Shown here in pieces: positions 17,993 to 27,731 of a stretch of 64,000 nucleotides of DNA. The DNA comes from Candidatus Latescibacterota bacterium (GTDB lineage: Bacteria; Latescibacterota; UBA2968; UBA8231), in NCBI GenBank assembly GCA_965221775.1, contig CBDCSU010000005.1, positions 416,001 to 480,000 of the forward strand, written 5' to 3'. The notes under the pieces were generated by a model. It had not been told where the DNA came from and did no database searches. It was given only the letters and a program-made list of their open reading frames with translations. The translations under genes and the position numbers were made by a program. The first letter of the stretch is position 1; each line of letters starts with the position of its first letter.

Positions 17993-19512
17993 CGCCGGCT
18001 GATCCGGACGCTGGCCACGCCGATGCCGACGACGAGGAGGACGAGGATGCCGATGAGGATGACGTTGCCGGCGATGTTCGATCGCGCCCCCACGTGGATG
18101 GTCAGGTTCTTCTCCAGGGACTCCACGTTCTCGTTGCCCACCTGGCCCTGGGCCTCGACGCCGAGCTCGTAGTTGCCCACGGCGATGTCCGGCGGCGGCC
18201 GGGCGACGATGTCGAGGGGCGCGCGCTCGTCGGGCTCGAGGCGCTTGATGAGCAGGGGCGTCACCTCCTCCTGCCACTGGTAGGGCAGGTCGAGGGCGGC
18301 CTTGATGTTCTGCACCGCCACGCTGCCGCGGTTGAGGAACTCCACGCGGATGCGCAGGTCCTCGCCGGTCTGGATCTCGCGGTAGGTGTTGGAGACCAGG
18401 ACCTCGAGCTTGCCGATGCCCTTGGGGATGAGCTCGAGCTTGACGTAGTTGGCCCGCAGCCCCTGGAGTTCTTCCTCCGGCACCGGGTCGTCGCCGAAGC
18501 GCGCCCGGATGGCGTTGATGCGGGCGTACTCGCGCGGCTCGGTGACCAGGGCGAAGAACGGGCGCGCCAGGCCCACCAGGTTGCGGTCGAGCTTCTCGGG
18601 GATCTCGAGGACGAGGCCGAGGGTGTCCTTGGACTTGTTCTCGTCGAACTTCACCTGCGTGACCTTGGCGCCGGCGTTGCGGAAGGAGAAGTCGATCTTG
18701 CGCGGCAGGCCGAGGACGGCGAGGGCGAAGCTGCGCTCCTCGTCGGAGAGGCGCTCGAGGATGAGGTCGAAGCGCACGTCCTGCTGCAGCTCGCCCGACT
18801 GCGAGAACTGGGCGGAGTTGATGCTCGGCAGGTTCTCGCGCCCGCCCTTGCGCAGGGTGACGGGGATGCTCTCCAGGGTGTCGAGGTAGCCGAGGACCAC
18901 GGCCACCGCCTCCTCGTCGCGCAGGAGGCGGAAGGTCAGGGTGTGCCGCTGGCCCACGTCGAGGGCGGGGACGCGGGTCTCGTAGGGCTCGCCCACGAGG
19001 GGCCCGTTCTTGAGGGAGACGAAGATGTTCTCCACGCGCAGCAGGATCCGCAGGTCCTCCTCGGTGAGGGAGGGATCGACGACGAGGGCATCGCGCGTGT
19101 CGGAGGCGTTCTCCACGACGATGTCGACCATGCTCTTGCCGTCGGGGCTCTTGTACTTGCGGGCGTCGCGCACGACGATGTGGGTGGCGTTGCGCAGCAG
19201 CTCGAGCTTGGTCTCCTCCAGCAGGATCTCGGCCTCCTCCTTCTGCAGCCGCGCCTCGGCGTAGCTGTTCTGCGCCTGCTTGTAGGTGAGGAGGGGCACG
19301 AATCCCGAGTCGTGGAGGGCCCTTGTGAGGCGCAGCTCCTCCAGGGCCTGGTCGAGGCTGGTGCGGCGCTGCTCGAGCTGCAGCTGGCGCTCGTCGAGCT
19401 GCAGCTTGTCGAGCTGCTGCTGGCGCGTGAGGCCGGCCCCCGCGGGGGCCGCGGCGGCGTCCGCGGCGGCGGCGAGCAGAAAGCCGGCCAGAAGCGCGAA
19501 CCTCGCCCTCAT
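17989..19512 (-). CDS. Secreted, C-terminally anchored protein with N-terminal coiled-coil hairpin and NEW3/COG1470-like Ig domains (paralogue 1)
   Basis: Colinear with the downstream gene (ARKY, IVVENAS, EPYE, LPSINSAQFSQ.G, FDLILERL, TQVKF, ELIPKG); C-terminal TM helix followed by SRR. Confidence 0.8.
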   Translation of the reverse strand: MRARFALLAGFLLAAAADAAAAPAGAGLTRQQQLDKLQLDERQLQLEQRRTSLDQALEELRLTRALHDSGFVPLLTYKQAQNSYAEARLQKEEAEILLEETKLELLRNATHIVVRDARKYKSPDGKSMVDIVVENASDTRDALVVDPSLTEEDLRILLRVENIFVSLKNGPLVGEPYETRVPALDVGQRHTLTFRLLRDEEAVAVVLGYLDTLESIPVTLRKGGRENLPSINSAQFSQSGELQQDVRFDLILERLSDEERSFALAVLGLPRKIDFSFRNAGAKVTQVKFDENKSKDTLGLVLEIPEKLDRNLVGLARPFFALVTEPREYARINAIRARFGDDPVPEEELQGLRANYVKLELIPKGIGKLEVLVSNTYREIQTGEDLRIRVEFLNRGSVAVQNIKAALDLPYQWQEEVTPLLIKRLEPDERAPLDIVARPPPDIAVGNYELGVEAQGQVGNENVESLEKNLTIHVGARSNIAGNVILIGILVLLVVGIGVASVRISRR

Positions 19513-20906
19513 TCGACGTACCCCATCAGCCGCCGCAGCTCGGCCTGGCGCGAGATGTAGGTCTCCTGGTTCTGGAACAGGACCTCCTGGGCGGTGAAGA
19601 ACTGCTGGCGGAAGTTCTCCAGCACCGCCTCGTCCACCTGGCCCCCCTTCTCCTGCACCTGCTGCTTGATCTCCAGGCGGCGGCGGGCGATGACCACGCT
19701 CTTCTCCTGCAGGCGCTGGGTCTCCTCGGCCTCGAGCATCGACTGGTAGGCCTGGCGCACGCCCAGCTCCACCGAGGCCCTCAGGTCGCGCAGCTGCACC
19801 TGCAGGCCCTGCAGCCGGGCGCGCTCGAGGCCCTCGCGGCCCAGGCGGGCGCCGCCCTCGAAGATGGGGATGCGCGCCTGCACGCGGGCCGACCAGGTCG
19901 CCTCGCCCTCGTCCTCGGGCGGGTCCGCCTCGTCGAGGCTGAGGCCGGTCTCCACGCCGACGCCCCAGGTGCCGCCCTCGCGGCCGACGCTGAGGCCCGC
20001 CCGGCGGCGGCCGTCGCCGACGCCGGCGTCGGCGCTCAGGTCGGGGGCGTACTCCCAGCCGATCTCGCGCAGGACGCGCCGCTGCTCGTCGAGGAGCTGC
20101 TCGGTGACGCCGATCTCCACGTCGTGAACGAGGGCCCGGCCCACGGCCTCGTCCTGGTCGACGGCGAACGGTTCCAGCTCGCCGCCGAGGCGCAGGTCGA
20201 GGCCGATGGGGCGGCCGATGAGGCGCAGGAGCTCCATCTTGTCGCGCAGCTGCTCGCGCCGGATGCGGTTGATGCTCAGCTCCTCCTCCAGGACGTTGAG
20301 CTCGGCCTGCAGCTTCTGCTCCTCGGAGGCGAGGCGCTTCTCGAAGCGGGCCTGCTGGCGCGCGAAGGTGGCCTCGAAGTTCTGCCGCGAGGCGACGCGC
20401 AGGGCGATCTGCTGGTCCTTGAGCAGGATCAGGTGGTAGAGCTCCCAGACGCGGGAGCTGACCTCGTAGACCTTGTCCTGGTAGTCGAAGACGGCCTTGC
20501 GCAGATCGGCGCGCAGCTGGATCTCGGAAGCGGCGTCGGGGCCGAACTCGAAGAGGCGCTGCTGGAGCAGCAGCTCGCTGGCCAGCTGGTCGCGGGTGGT
20601 GGCGTCGCCCTCGGCGCGCAGGGCGTCGTAGCCGGCGGTGAGGCTCACCCGCGGCATCAGGCGGGAGCGGACGACGACGGCGTCGCTCTCGACCTCCTCG
20701 ATGCGCTTGCGGGCGCCGATCAGCTCGCGGTTGTGGGAGAAGGCCGCGGCGAGGCAGTCGGCCAGGCCGAGGGGCGCCGCCCGGGCGGCGGAGTCGGGCA
20801 CCGCCGGAGGCCCCTCCGCGACGGCGGGACCGAGGGCCGCGGCCACTCCCGCGATGACAACCGCCGTCCGCAGGTGGAGGGCCCGGGACGGCGAAAAGGT
20901 GAGCAA
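19509..20906 (-). CDS. TolC family outer membrane efflux protein
   Basis: LGLADCLAAAFSHN, two OEP-like helical repeats, ARIPIFEGG, VRQAYQSML, ELRRLMG. Start uncertain (TTG at 20906 or 20912). Confidence 0.85.
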   Translation of the reverse strand: MLTFSPSRALHLRTAVVIAGVAAALGPAVAEGPPAVPDSAARAAPLGLADCLAAAFSHNRELIGARKRIEEVESDAVVVRSRLMPRVSLTAGYDALRAEGDATTRDQLASELLLQQRLFEFGPDAASEIQLRADLRKAVFDYQDKVYEVSSRVWELYHLILLKDQQIALRVASRQNFEATFARQQARFEKRLASEEQKLQAELNVLEEELSINRIRREQLRDKMELLRLIGRPIGLDLRLGGELEPFAVDQDEAVGRALVHDVEIGVTEQLLDEQRRVLREIGWEYAPDLSADAGVGDGRRRAGLSVGREGGTWGVGVETGLSLDEADPPEDEGEATWSARVQARIPIFEGGARLGREGLERARLQGLQVQLRDLRASVELGVRQAYQSMLEAEETQRLQEKSVVIARRRLEIKQQVQEKGGQVDEAVLENFRQQFFTAQEVLFQNQETYISRQAELRRLMGYVE

Positions 20907-20943
20907 AATCAATAGGTTCCGTAGGGTCTGGCAGATCGCGCTT

Positions 20944-21027
20944 ATCCTACTGGTGAAGGTGGACCATGTCAAGATGGGGTTGCGCGCAAGCCATTGCTTG
21001 ACATGGGTCACGTACCCCCCGCACGTT
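20944..21027. promoter_or_regulatory. Divergent promoter pair embedded in a 43-bp imperfect palindrome
   Basis: Minus strand: TTGACA (20972-20967), 17 nt, TAGGAT (20949-20944). Plus strand: TTGACA (20998-21003) with a weak -10 (CACGTT). Arms CCATGTCAAG/CTTGACATGG flank a central TTGCGCGCAA. Confidence 0.72.
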
Positions 21028-21080
21028 ACCTCTGTGGACCGCGGGTGTGGACCGCGGGCGACTTTCCCGGAGAGAGGCGA

Positions 21081-21803
21081 ATGCTCGAGATCATCGACAT
21101 GACCAAGCACTACGGCGACGTGCACGCCGTGAACGACCTCACCCTGACCATCGAGCCGGGCGAGATCTTCACCATGCTCGGCGCCAACGGCGCCGGCAAG
21201 ACGACCACCCTCATGGTGGCCCTCGGGTTCACCGAGCCGACGGCCGGGACGGTGAAGATCTGCGGCGTCGACGTCACGCGCGACCCGCTCGAGGCCAAGC
21301 GCCACGTGGCCTACGTGTCGGAGAACGTCATGCTCTACGGCAACTTCACGGCCCGCCAGAACCTCGAGTTCTTCACCAAGCTCGGGGGCCGCAAGCAGGT
21401 GGAGGCCTCGGAGTACGACCAGGTCATGGACCGCGTCGGCCTGCAGCGCGACGCCTTCGACCGGCGGGTGAAGGGGTTCTCCAAGGGCATGCGCCAGAAG
21501 CTCGGCATCGCCATCGCCATCATGAAGAACGCCGAGGTGATCCTCCTCGACGAGCCCACCTCGGGACTGGACCCCAAGTCGGGCGCCGAGTTCCTGCAGC
21601 TGCTGGCCGAGCTGCGCGAGGAGAACAAGGCGATCTGGATGACGACCCACGACATCTTCCGGGCCAAGCAGATCGCCGACCGCGTGGGCATCATGGTCGA
21701 GGGCAACCTGGTGAAGATCTTCACCCGCGACGAGCTCGGGCAGGAGGACCTGGAGTCGATCTACGTCGAGTTCGTGAGCCAACCCGCCGAGCAGGCGGCC
21801 TGA
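21081..21803 (+). CDS. ABC transporter ATP-binding protein (ABC-2/CcmA-like)
   Basis: Walker A GANGAGKTT, signature FSKGMRQK, Walker B ILLDEPTSGLDP, H-loop TTH. Confidence 0.96.
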   Translation: MLEIIDMTKHYGDVHAVNDLTLTIEPGEIFTMLGANGAGKTTTLMVALGFTEPTAGTVKICGVDVTRDPLEAKRHVAYVSENVMLYGNFTARQNLEFFTKLGGRKQVEASEYDQVMDRVGLQRDAFDRRVKGFSKGMRQKLGIAIAIMKNAEVILLDEPTSGLDPKSGAEFLQLLAELREENKAIWMTTHDIFRAKQIADRVGIMVEGNLVKIFTRDELGQEDLESIYVEFVSQPAEQAA

Positions 21804-21909
21804 CGGCCGTCGACGCCACCGGCCGCCGGCCCCGACCCGCCTTGCGCCCCCGCCCCCGCATGTCCCCGGTCCGCGGCGCCCCCGGGGCCGCGCTTCCATC
21901 GAGGCTTCC

Positions 21910-23295
21910 ATGCTCCTGCGACTGATCCGCAAGGAAGTCCTGCACAACATCCTGAGCTTCCGCTTCGCCGTCACCTACGGCCTGCTCTTCGTCCTCGTCC
22001 TGCTCGCCGTCTTCCTCATGGGCAACGAGCACCGTCAGCGCATGGAGACCTATACCCGGCAGGAGTCCCAGGCCCGCGACCGCCTGGAGGAGCTGGCCGG
22101 GATGCAGGACGCCACCGAGCAGTTCCGGCAGATCCAGCGCGAGGACTTCGCGGGGGTACGTCAGCCGGGGGCGCTGGCCGTCCTCGCCCGCGGTCTCGAG
22201 GGCAGCCTGCCGGCGCAGATCTCCTCCGGCGGCTGGTTCACCACGCACAGCTCCGAGGACCGCCTGGGGCGCAACATCCTCCTCGAGATCTTCCAGGCGC
22301 CCGACTTCGCCTACGTGGTCAACATGGTCCTGAGCCTGCTGGCCCTGCTCTTCGTCTTCGACTCCGTCTGCGGCGAGAAGGAGCGGGGCACCCTCAAGCT
22401 CCTGCTGTCGGGCTCGGTCCCCCGGGACACGGTGCTGCTGGGCAAGTGGGTGGGCGGCTACCTCTCCATCGCCGGGCCCTTCGCCGCCGCCGCCGCCGCC
22501 GGCTTCCTCTACCTCTCCCTCTCCGGCTCCCTGCCGCTCGAGACGGAGGTCGTCTCCCGTTTCGCCGCGATCCTCGCCGTCTCCTTCCTCTATATATCCG
22601 CCTGCTTCAGTCTCGGTCTGCTGATCTCCACCCTCGCCCACCGCGGCGCCACGGCCCTGCTCATGGCGCTGCTGGTGTGGATCGGCTGGATCCTGGTGGT
22701 GCCCAACCTGGCGCCTGTCGTGGCCCGCCTGGCGGCGCCGGTGCCGTCGCGCCAGGTGATCGACGCCGAACAGCAGGCCATCGACCGCGAGGCGGAACTG
22801 CTGATGGGGGCCATCCGCAAGAGCAAGGTCTACGGCGACCGGCAGCAGATGGAGCGCATCCAGGAGGAGACGGAGCAGCGCAAGCGCAAGCTCGACGGCT
22901 TCTACAAGGACCGCATGTCGCGCCAGACCTCCCTGAGCCAGAACCTGGCGCGCCTGTCGCCCTCGGCCAGCTATCTCCTCGCCGCCACCCGCCTCGCCGG
23001 CACCGGCCCCGACCTCTTCGCCCACTTCTCCGACGCTGTCGAGCGCTTCCACGGCGCCCACGACGACTTCCGCAGCCAGATGTACGGCAACGTCTCCTGG
23101 ACGCGGGGGCCCGATCCGGACATCCAGGACGAGGACTGGTTCGACCCCGACGACGTGCCCCGGCTGTCCATGTTCTCCGAGAGTCTCTCCGAGGCCTTCG
23201 ACGGGGCCCTCTTCGACATCCTGCTGCTGGTCGTCTTCAACGTGCTGTTCTTCCTGCTGTCGTACGTCTTCTTCCTCCGATACGACGTCACCTGA
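21910..23295 (+). CDS. ABC-2 type (NosY/COG1277-like) permease with large periplasmic loops
   Basis: LIRKE start, FDSVCGEKERGTLKLLLS.SVPR..LLGKW.GG, C-terminal FLRYDV. Confidence 0.9.
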   Translation: MLLRLIRKEVLHNILSFRFAVTYGLLFVLVLLAVFLMGNEHRQRMETYTRQESQARDRLEELAGMQDATEQFRQIQREDFAGVRQPGALAVLARGLEGSLPAQISSGGWFTTHSSEDRLGRNILLEIFQAPDFAYVVNMVLSLLALLFVFDSVCGEKERGTLKLLLSGSVPRDTVLLGKWVGGYLSIAGPFAAAAAAGFLYLSLSGSLPLETEVVSRFAAILAVSFLYISACFSLGLLISTLAHRGATALLMALLVWIGWILVVPNLAPVVARLAAPVPSRQVIDAEQQAIDREAELLMGAIRKSKVYGDRQQMERIQEETEQRKRKLDGFYKDRMSRQTSLSQNLARLSPSASYLLAATRLAGTGPDLFAHFSDAVERFHGAHDDFRSQMYGNVSWTRGPDPDIQDEDWFDPDDVPRLSMFSESLSEAFDGALFDILLLVVFNVLFFLLSYVFFLRYDVT

Positions 23296-23315
23296 GCCGT
23301 TCCGGGAGAACGCCC

Positions 23316-24749
23316 GTGCTGCTGCACATCGTCCGCAAGGAACTCCTCGACCAGCTGCTGTCCCTGCGCTTCGCCATCGCCTGCGGCGTCTGCCTCATCG
23401 TCTTCGTCCTCAGCGCCGTGGTGCTCACGCGGGACTACCGCGAGGGCCTGTCGACGTACAACATGAACCGCGTCATGCACCGCAACGAGCTGCAGCAGCG
23501 CGACCAGATCTGGAGCCTGAACGAGGGAGTCACCGTCGACCGGCCCCTGAACCTCATGAACACGCTGGTGCGCGGCCTGTCGAAAGAGCTGACCGAGAGC
23601 GTCCGCGTGCAGCCCGGGAACCGCCTCGACTTCCCCGAGGGCTGGGAGCAGAACCCGGTGCTTCCCCTGTTCCCGCCGGTGGACTTCGTCTTCATCGTCG
23701 GCATCATCATGAGCCTCCTGGCCCTGGCCTTCGCCTACGACGGGGTCTCGGGCGAGGCCGAGACCGGCGTCCTCAAGCTGCTCATGTCGTACAGCGCGCC
23801 CCGCGACCTGGTGCTCCTCGGCAAGTGGCTCGGCGGCTACCTGGCCCTCATCGCGCCCTTCACCGTCTCCTTCGTCCTCGCCCTGCTCGTGGTTCTGCTG
23901 TTCCCCGACGTGCAGCCCGATACCGAGAGCTCGCTGGCCCTGCTCGCCCTCTACGGCCTCGCCCTGCTCTACCTGGGCGCCGTGTACAGCCTGGGCCTGC
24001 TCGTCTCCTGCCGCACCCGGCTGGCCTCGACCTCGATCACCGTCCTCCTGCTGTTGTGGGTCTCCCTGATCCTGGCGGTGCCGAACATGGCGCCGTACGT
24101 GGTCAGCCAGGTGGTGCCGATCCCCTCCGCCGAGGAGGTGGACCGCGAGAAGCAGGCCCTGCAGAGGGAGCAGCAGCAGCGGTTCCAGGAGATCATCGCC
24201 GAGGAGCAGGAGCGGCTCGGCCGCGACAACGTGTGGGGCGACGAGTCGGTGCAGGAGCGGTTCCGGGTGGCGGCGGAGGAGTCCCAGGCGGAGATACAGA
24301 AGATCGAGGACAGTTTCCGCACCCAGGTGGCGGGGCAGACGCGGCTCTCCGGCATTCTCGCCCGCATGTCTCCCCTGACCTCCTTCAACCTCGCCGCCTT
24401 CGACCTGGCCGCCGCCGGCATCGCCCAGGAGGAGGAGTGGGTGGCGAGCCTGGAGGCCTTCGGCGACACCTGGTCGGCGTACTCGGAGGAGAAGCAGCGC
24501 GCCTACAGGGAGTGGATCCATGAGCAGATGGCCGCCTCCCCCAGCGGCGGCGTGACCATCACGTCGCAGGACATGGAGCGGTTCAACCAGGACCTGGATC
24601 TGTCCGACGCGCCGCGGTTCAGCTTCTCCCACATGGGCGTTTCCGACCGCCTCGCCGCGGTCTACGTCGACCTGGCCTTGCTGGCCCTGTGGAACGTCGC
24701 CTTCTTCATGCTCGCCTACCTTTCCTTCCTGCGCTACGACATCAACTGA
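23316..24749 (+). CDS. ABC-2 type permease, paralogue
   Basis: GTG start, IVRKE, YDGVSGEAETGVLKLLMS..PRD..LLGKWLGG, C-terminal FLRYDI. Confidence 0.9.
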   Translation: MLLHIVRKELLDQLLSLRFAIACGVCLIVFVLSAVVLTRDYREGLSTYNMNRVMHRNELQQRDQIWSLNEGVTVDRPLNLMNTLVRGLSKELTESVRVQPGNRLDFPEGWEQNPVLPLFPPVDFVFIVGIIMSLLALAFAYDGVSGEAETGVLKLLMSYSAPRDLVLLGKWLGGYLALIAPFTVSFVLALLVVLLFPDVQPDTESSLALLALYGLALLYLGAVYSLGLLVSCRTRLASTSITVLLLLWVSLILAVPNMAPYVVSQVVPIPSAEEVDREKQALQREQQQRFQEIIAEEQERLGRDNVWGDESVQERFRVAAEESQAEIQKIEDSFRTQVAGQTRLSGILARMSPLTSFNLAAFDLAAAGIAQEEEWVASLEAFGDTWSAYSEEKQRAYREWIHEQMAASPSGGVTITSQDMERFNQDLDLSDAPRFSFSHMGVSDRLAAVYVDLALLALWNVAFFMLAYLSFLRYDIN

Positions 24750-24797
24750 CGCTGGCCCAACCCGGGCGACCGGGCCGATCGGGCCACAGGAGATTCC

Positions 24798-25727
24798 ATG
24801 GCCCATCACGAGTTCGTCCCCGGCCACTACCACAACACCCTCGGCTGGCACGAGCCGGTCCTGGAGGTCGCCCCGGGGGACTCGGTCTCGACGACCACCG
24901 TCGACGCCCGCGGCCGGGACCGCGACGGCGAGCAGGTGGCGGTCCGGGGCAATCCCCAGACCGGTCCCTTCCACGTCACCGGCGCCGAGCCCGGAGACGC
25001 CCTGGCGGTCACCCTCGACCTGGTGCGGCCGAACCGGCCCTGGGGCTTCACCGCCACCGCCGTGGCGCCCAACGTGCTCGACCCCGGGTTCCGGCCGCGC
25101 TTCGACGACGAGATCGAGGTCACCCGCTGGGCGGTGGACGCCGACGCCGGCACCGTCCGCCTCAGCGAGCCCGAGGGGCCCCTGTCGCGGCTCTCCCTGC
25201 CCCTGGACCCCATGGTCGGGTGCTTCGGCGTGGCCCCCGAGAGGGGCCAGGCGATCTCCACGGCCACCTCCCACCGCCACGGCGGCAACATGGACTACCG
25301 GGGGTTCCGCCAGGGGGTGACCGTCTGGTTCCCCGTCTTCGCGCCGGGGGCCCTGTTCCACATCGGCGACGGCCACGCCGTGCAGGGCGACGGCGAGATC
25401 GTCGGCACCGGGGTGGAGATCTCCTTCGACGTGCGCTTCACGCTGGACCTGGTGAAGGGCTCGTCCATCGGCTGGCCCCGGGCCGAGGACGACACCTGGC
25501 TGATGACGGCGGGCAACGCCCGGCCCCTGGACCAGTGCGTGCAGCACGCCACCACCGAGATGCTGCGCTGGCTGGAGACCGACCACGGCCTCGACGCCCG
25601 CACCGCCCACCTGCTCCTCGGCCAGGCGGTCGCCTACGACGTGGGCAACATCTACGACCCGGCGTACACCATGATCTGCAAGGTGAAGAAGAGCCACCTG
25701 AAGGCGATCCGCGGGGAGGCCGGATGA
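24798..25727 (+). CDS. Acetamidase/formamidase family protein
   Basis: NPQTGPFHVTGAEPGD, HGGNMD, GDGHAVQGDGEIVGTGVE. Confidence 0.93.
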   Translation: MAHHEFVPGHYHNTLGWHEPVLEVAPGDSVSTTTVDARGRDRDGEQVAVRGNPQTGPFHVTGAEPGDALAVTLDLVRPNRPWGFTATAVAPNVLDPGFRPRFDDEIEVTRWAVDADAGTVRLSEPEGPLSRLSLPLDPMVGCFGVAPERGQAISTATSHRHGGNMDYRGFRQGVTVWFPVFAPGALFHIGDGHAVQGDGEIVGTGVEISFDVRFTLDLVKGSSIGWPRAEDDTWLMTAGNARPLDQCVQHATTEMLRWLETDHGLDARTAHLLLGQAVAYDVGNIYDPAYTMICKVKKSHLKAIRGEAG

Positions 25728-26638
25728 GCAGCCCTCTCGTCGTCACCTGCATCTCCTACGCCCCCGTGGGCGGTTCCGACGAGGAGGTGGTGGAGCGGAC
25801 CCACGAGGACCTCAAGGGGCTGGTGGGCCGCGCCGCCGGGGCCACCGGGGCCGACCTGATCGTGCTGCCCGAGACGATCTGCCGGACCTTCGACGAGGAG
25901 GTGCCCGAGGGCCCCACGACGCGGCTGCTGGCCGGCCTGGCGCGGGAGCACGGCTGCTACGTCACCGTGCCCGTGCACCAGAAGGAACCCGCCACCGGCG
26001 CCGTGTACAACGTCCTCGGCCTCCTCGACCGCCAGGGGGAGCTGGCCGGCATCTACCGCAAGTACATCCCCGTGTACCCGGAGTTCGACCACGGCACCCG
26101 CCCCGGCCCCGGGGCGCACCTGATCGACACCGAGTTCGGACCCGTGGGCGGCGTCATCTGCTTCGACCTGAACTTCGGCGAGCTGCGGGCCGAGTACAAG
26201 AAGCTCAAGCCGCGGCTGCTGCTCTTCAGCTCCATGTACCACGGCGGCCTGGTGCAGAACTTCTGGGCCCTCGACGTGCAGGCCTTCTTCGCCGGCTCCG
26301 TGTACCGGGGCACGCAGTGCACGATCATCGACCCCCAGGGGACCACCCTGGCCCGGAGCAACAACTACCAGCCCTGGGCCTCGGCGCCGATCAACCTCGA
26401 CTACGAGTTGGTGCACCTCGACCGCAACCAGGGCCGCTACGACGAGATCCACCGCAAGTACGGCGACGGCGTGCGCATCGTCACCGCCGGCGAGGTGGGC
26501 ACCTCGGTGATCTACAGCGAGTCGGCCGCGCGCACCGCCGCCGACATCGTCGAGGAGTTCGAGCTGATCCGGCTCGACGACTACTTCGACTGGTCGCGCA
26601 AGCTGCGGACGGAGCAGCTGGAGAAGGCCCCGGCCTGA
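25724..26638 (+). CDS. Carbon-nitrogen hydrolase (nitrilase superfamily)
   Basis: Catalytic triad contexts LIVLPE, YRK, ICFDLNF. ATGA overlap with the amidase. Confidence 0.9.
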   Translation: MSSPLVVTCISYAPVGGSDEEVVERTHEDLKGLVGRAAGATGADLIVLPETICRTFDEEVPEGPTTRLLAGLAREHGCYVTVPVHQKEPATGAVYNVLGLLDRQGELAGIYRKYIPVYPEFDHGTRPGPGAHLIDTEFGPVGGVICFDLNFGELRAEYKKLKPRLLLFSSMYHGGLVQNFWALDVQAFFAGSVYRGTQCTIIDPQGTTLARSNNYQPWASAPINLDYELVHLDRNQGRYDEIHRKYGDGVRIVTAGEVGTSVIYSESAARTAADIVEEFELIRLDDYFDWSRKLRTEQLEKAPA

Positions 26639-26711
26639 GCCGCTGGACGGACCTCGCTCCGGGCGGGTTATTGTTCTTCATCCATCGTCTCACTGCGCCG
26701 AGGGAGCCCGG

Positions 26712-27725
26712 ATGTCCCCTGCCCTTCTTCTCCTCCTCCTGACCCTGGTGCCCGGCGCGCTCCTCGGCCAGGAGCGGCCACCGACGCCGGTCATCGTCGC
26801 CGAGGTCCTCGAACAGCCCCTCGTCGAGGATCTCTCCTTCGTCGGGCGCATCCTGCCCGTGCGTTCCAGCCGGGTCGCCGCCGAGACCGAGGGCAAGGTG
26901 GTGCAGCGGTTCAGGGACGCCGGCCAGACCGTGCGCGCCGGCGACCCCCTCTTCGCCCTGGCCAACGATCCGCTCCAGGCGGCGCTGGAAGAAGCGGAGG
27001 CCGATCTCGCGCTGAGGCGCTTCATCCACGACGGCAGCCGCCGGTTGCGCGCCACCGACTCGGTCTCGGAGCAGGACCTGCGCGTCAACGCCTTCGAGCT
27101 GGCGCGCGCCGAAGCCCGGCTGAGCGGCCTCCAGGCCCAGGTGGAGAACCTCCTCGTCCGCGCCCCCTTCTCCGGGCACATCGTCCGCACCTCCACCGAG
27201 GTGGGAGAGTGGGTCGGCCGCGGCGGCGAGATCGCCCAGGTGATCTCCATCGACACGGTGCGCGTCATCGTCGAGGTGCCCGAGCACCATGTGCCGCAGC
27301 TGGCCTTGGGGGACACCGCCGCCATCCTCGTCGACGCCCTCGGCGGCGATCCGGTCCACGGCCTCGTAACCGTCATCTCCGCCGAAGGCTACGCCGCCTC
27401 GCGCACCTTCCCGGTCGTCGTCGAGGCCGCCAATCCGGCAGGCCGCATGCGCAGCAACATGTCGGCGCGGGTGCGCTTCCGTATCGCCCAGGCGACGGCA
27501 TCGCTCCTGGTGCACAAGGACGCCCTGGTCTCCGGTCCTCGGGGGCAGGTGGTGTACCTCGCCCGCGACGGCAAGGCCCTCGGCCGCCCCGTCGAAGCCG
27601 GGCTGGCGCACCAGGGTTACGTGGCCGTCACGGGCGACCTCGCGCCCGGCGATCTGGCCGTGGTGCGCGGCAACGAGCGCCTCCGCGACGGCCAGGCGGT
27701 GCGCATCATCCGCCGGCAGCCGTAA
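26712..27725 (+). CDS. RND efflux periplasmic adaptor (membrane fusion protein)
   Basis: Signal peptide, VAAETEGKV lipoyl half, VRAPFSG, SRTFPV, GDLAVVRG. Confidence 0.92.
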   Translation: MSPALLLLLLTLVPGALLGQERPPTPVIVAEVLEQPLVEDLSFVGRILPVRSSRVAAETEGKVVQRFRDAGQTVRAGDPLFALANDPLQAALEEAEADLALRRFIHDGSRRLRATDSVSEQDLRVNAFELARAEARLSGLQAQVENLLVRAPFSGHIVRTSTEVGEWVGRGGEIAQVISIDTVRVIVEVPEHHVPQLALGDTAAILVDALGGDPVHGLVTVISAEGYAASRTFPVVVEAANPAGRMRSNMSARVRFRIAQATASLLVHKDALVSGPRGQVVYLARDGKALGRPVEAGLAHQGYVAVTGDLAPGDLAVVRGNERLRDGQAVRIIRRQP

Positions 27726-27731
27726 GCCGCC

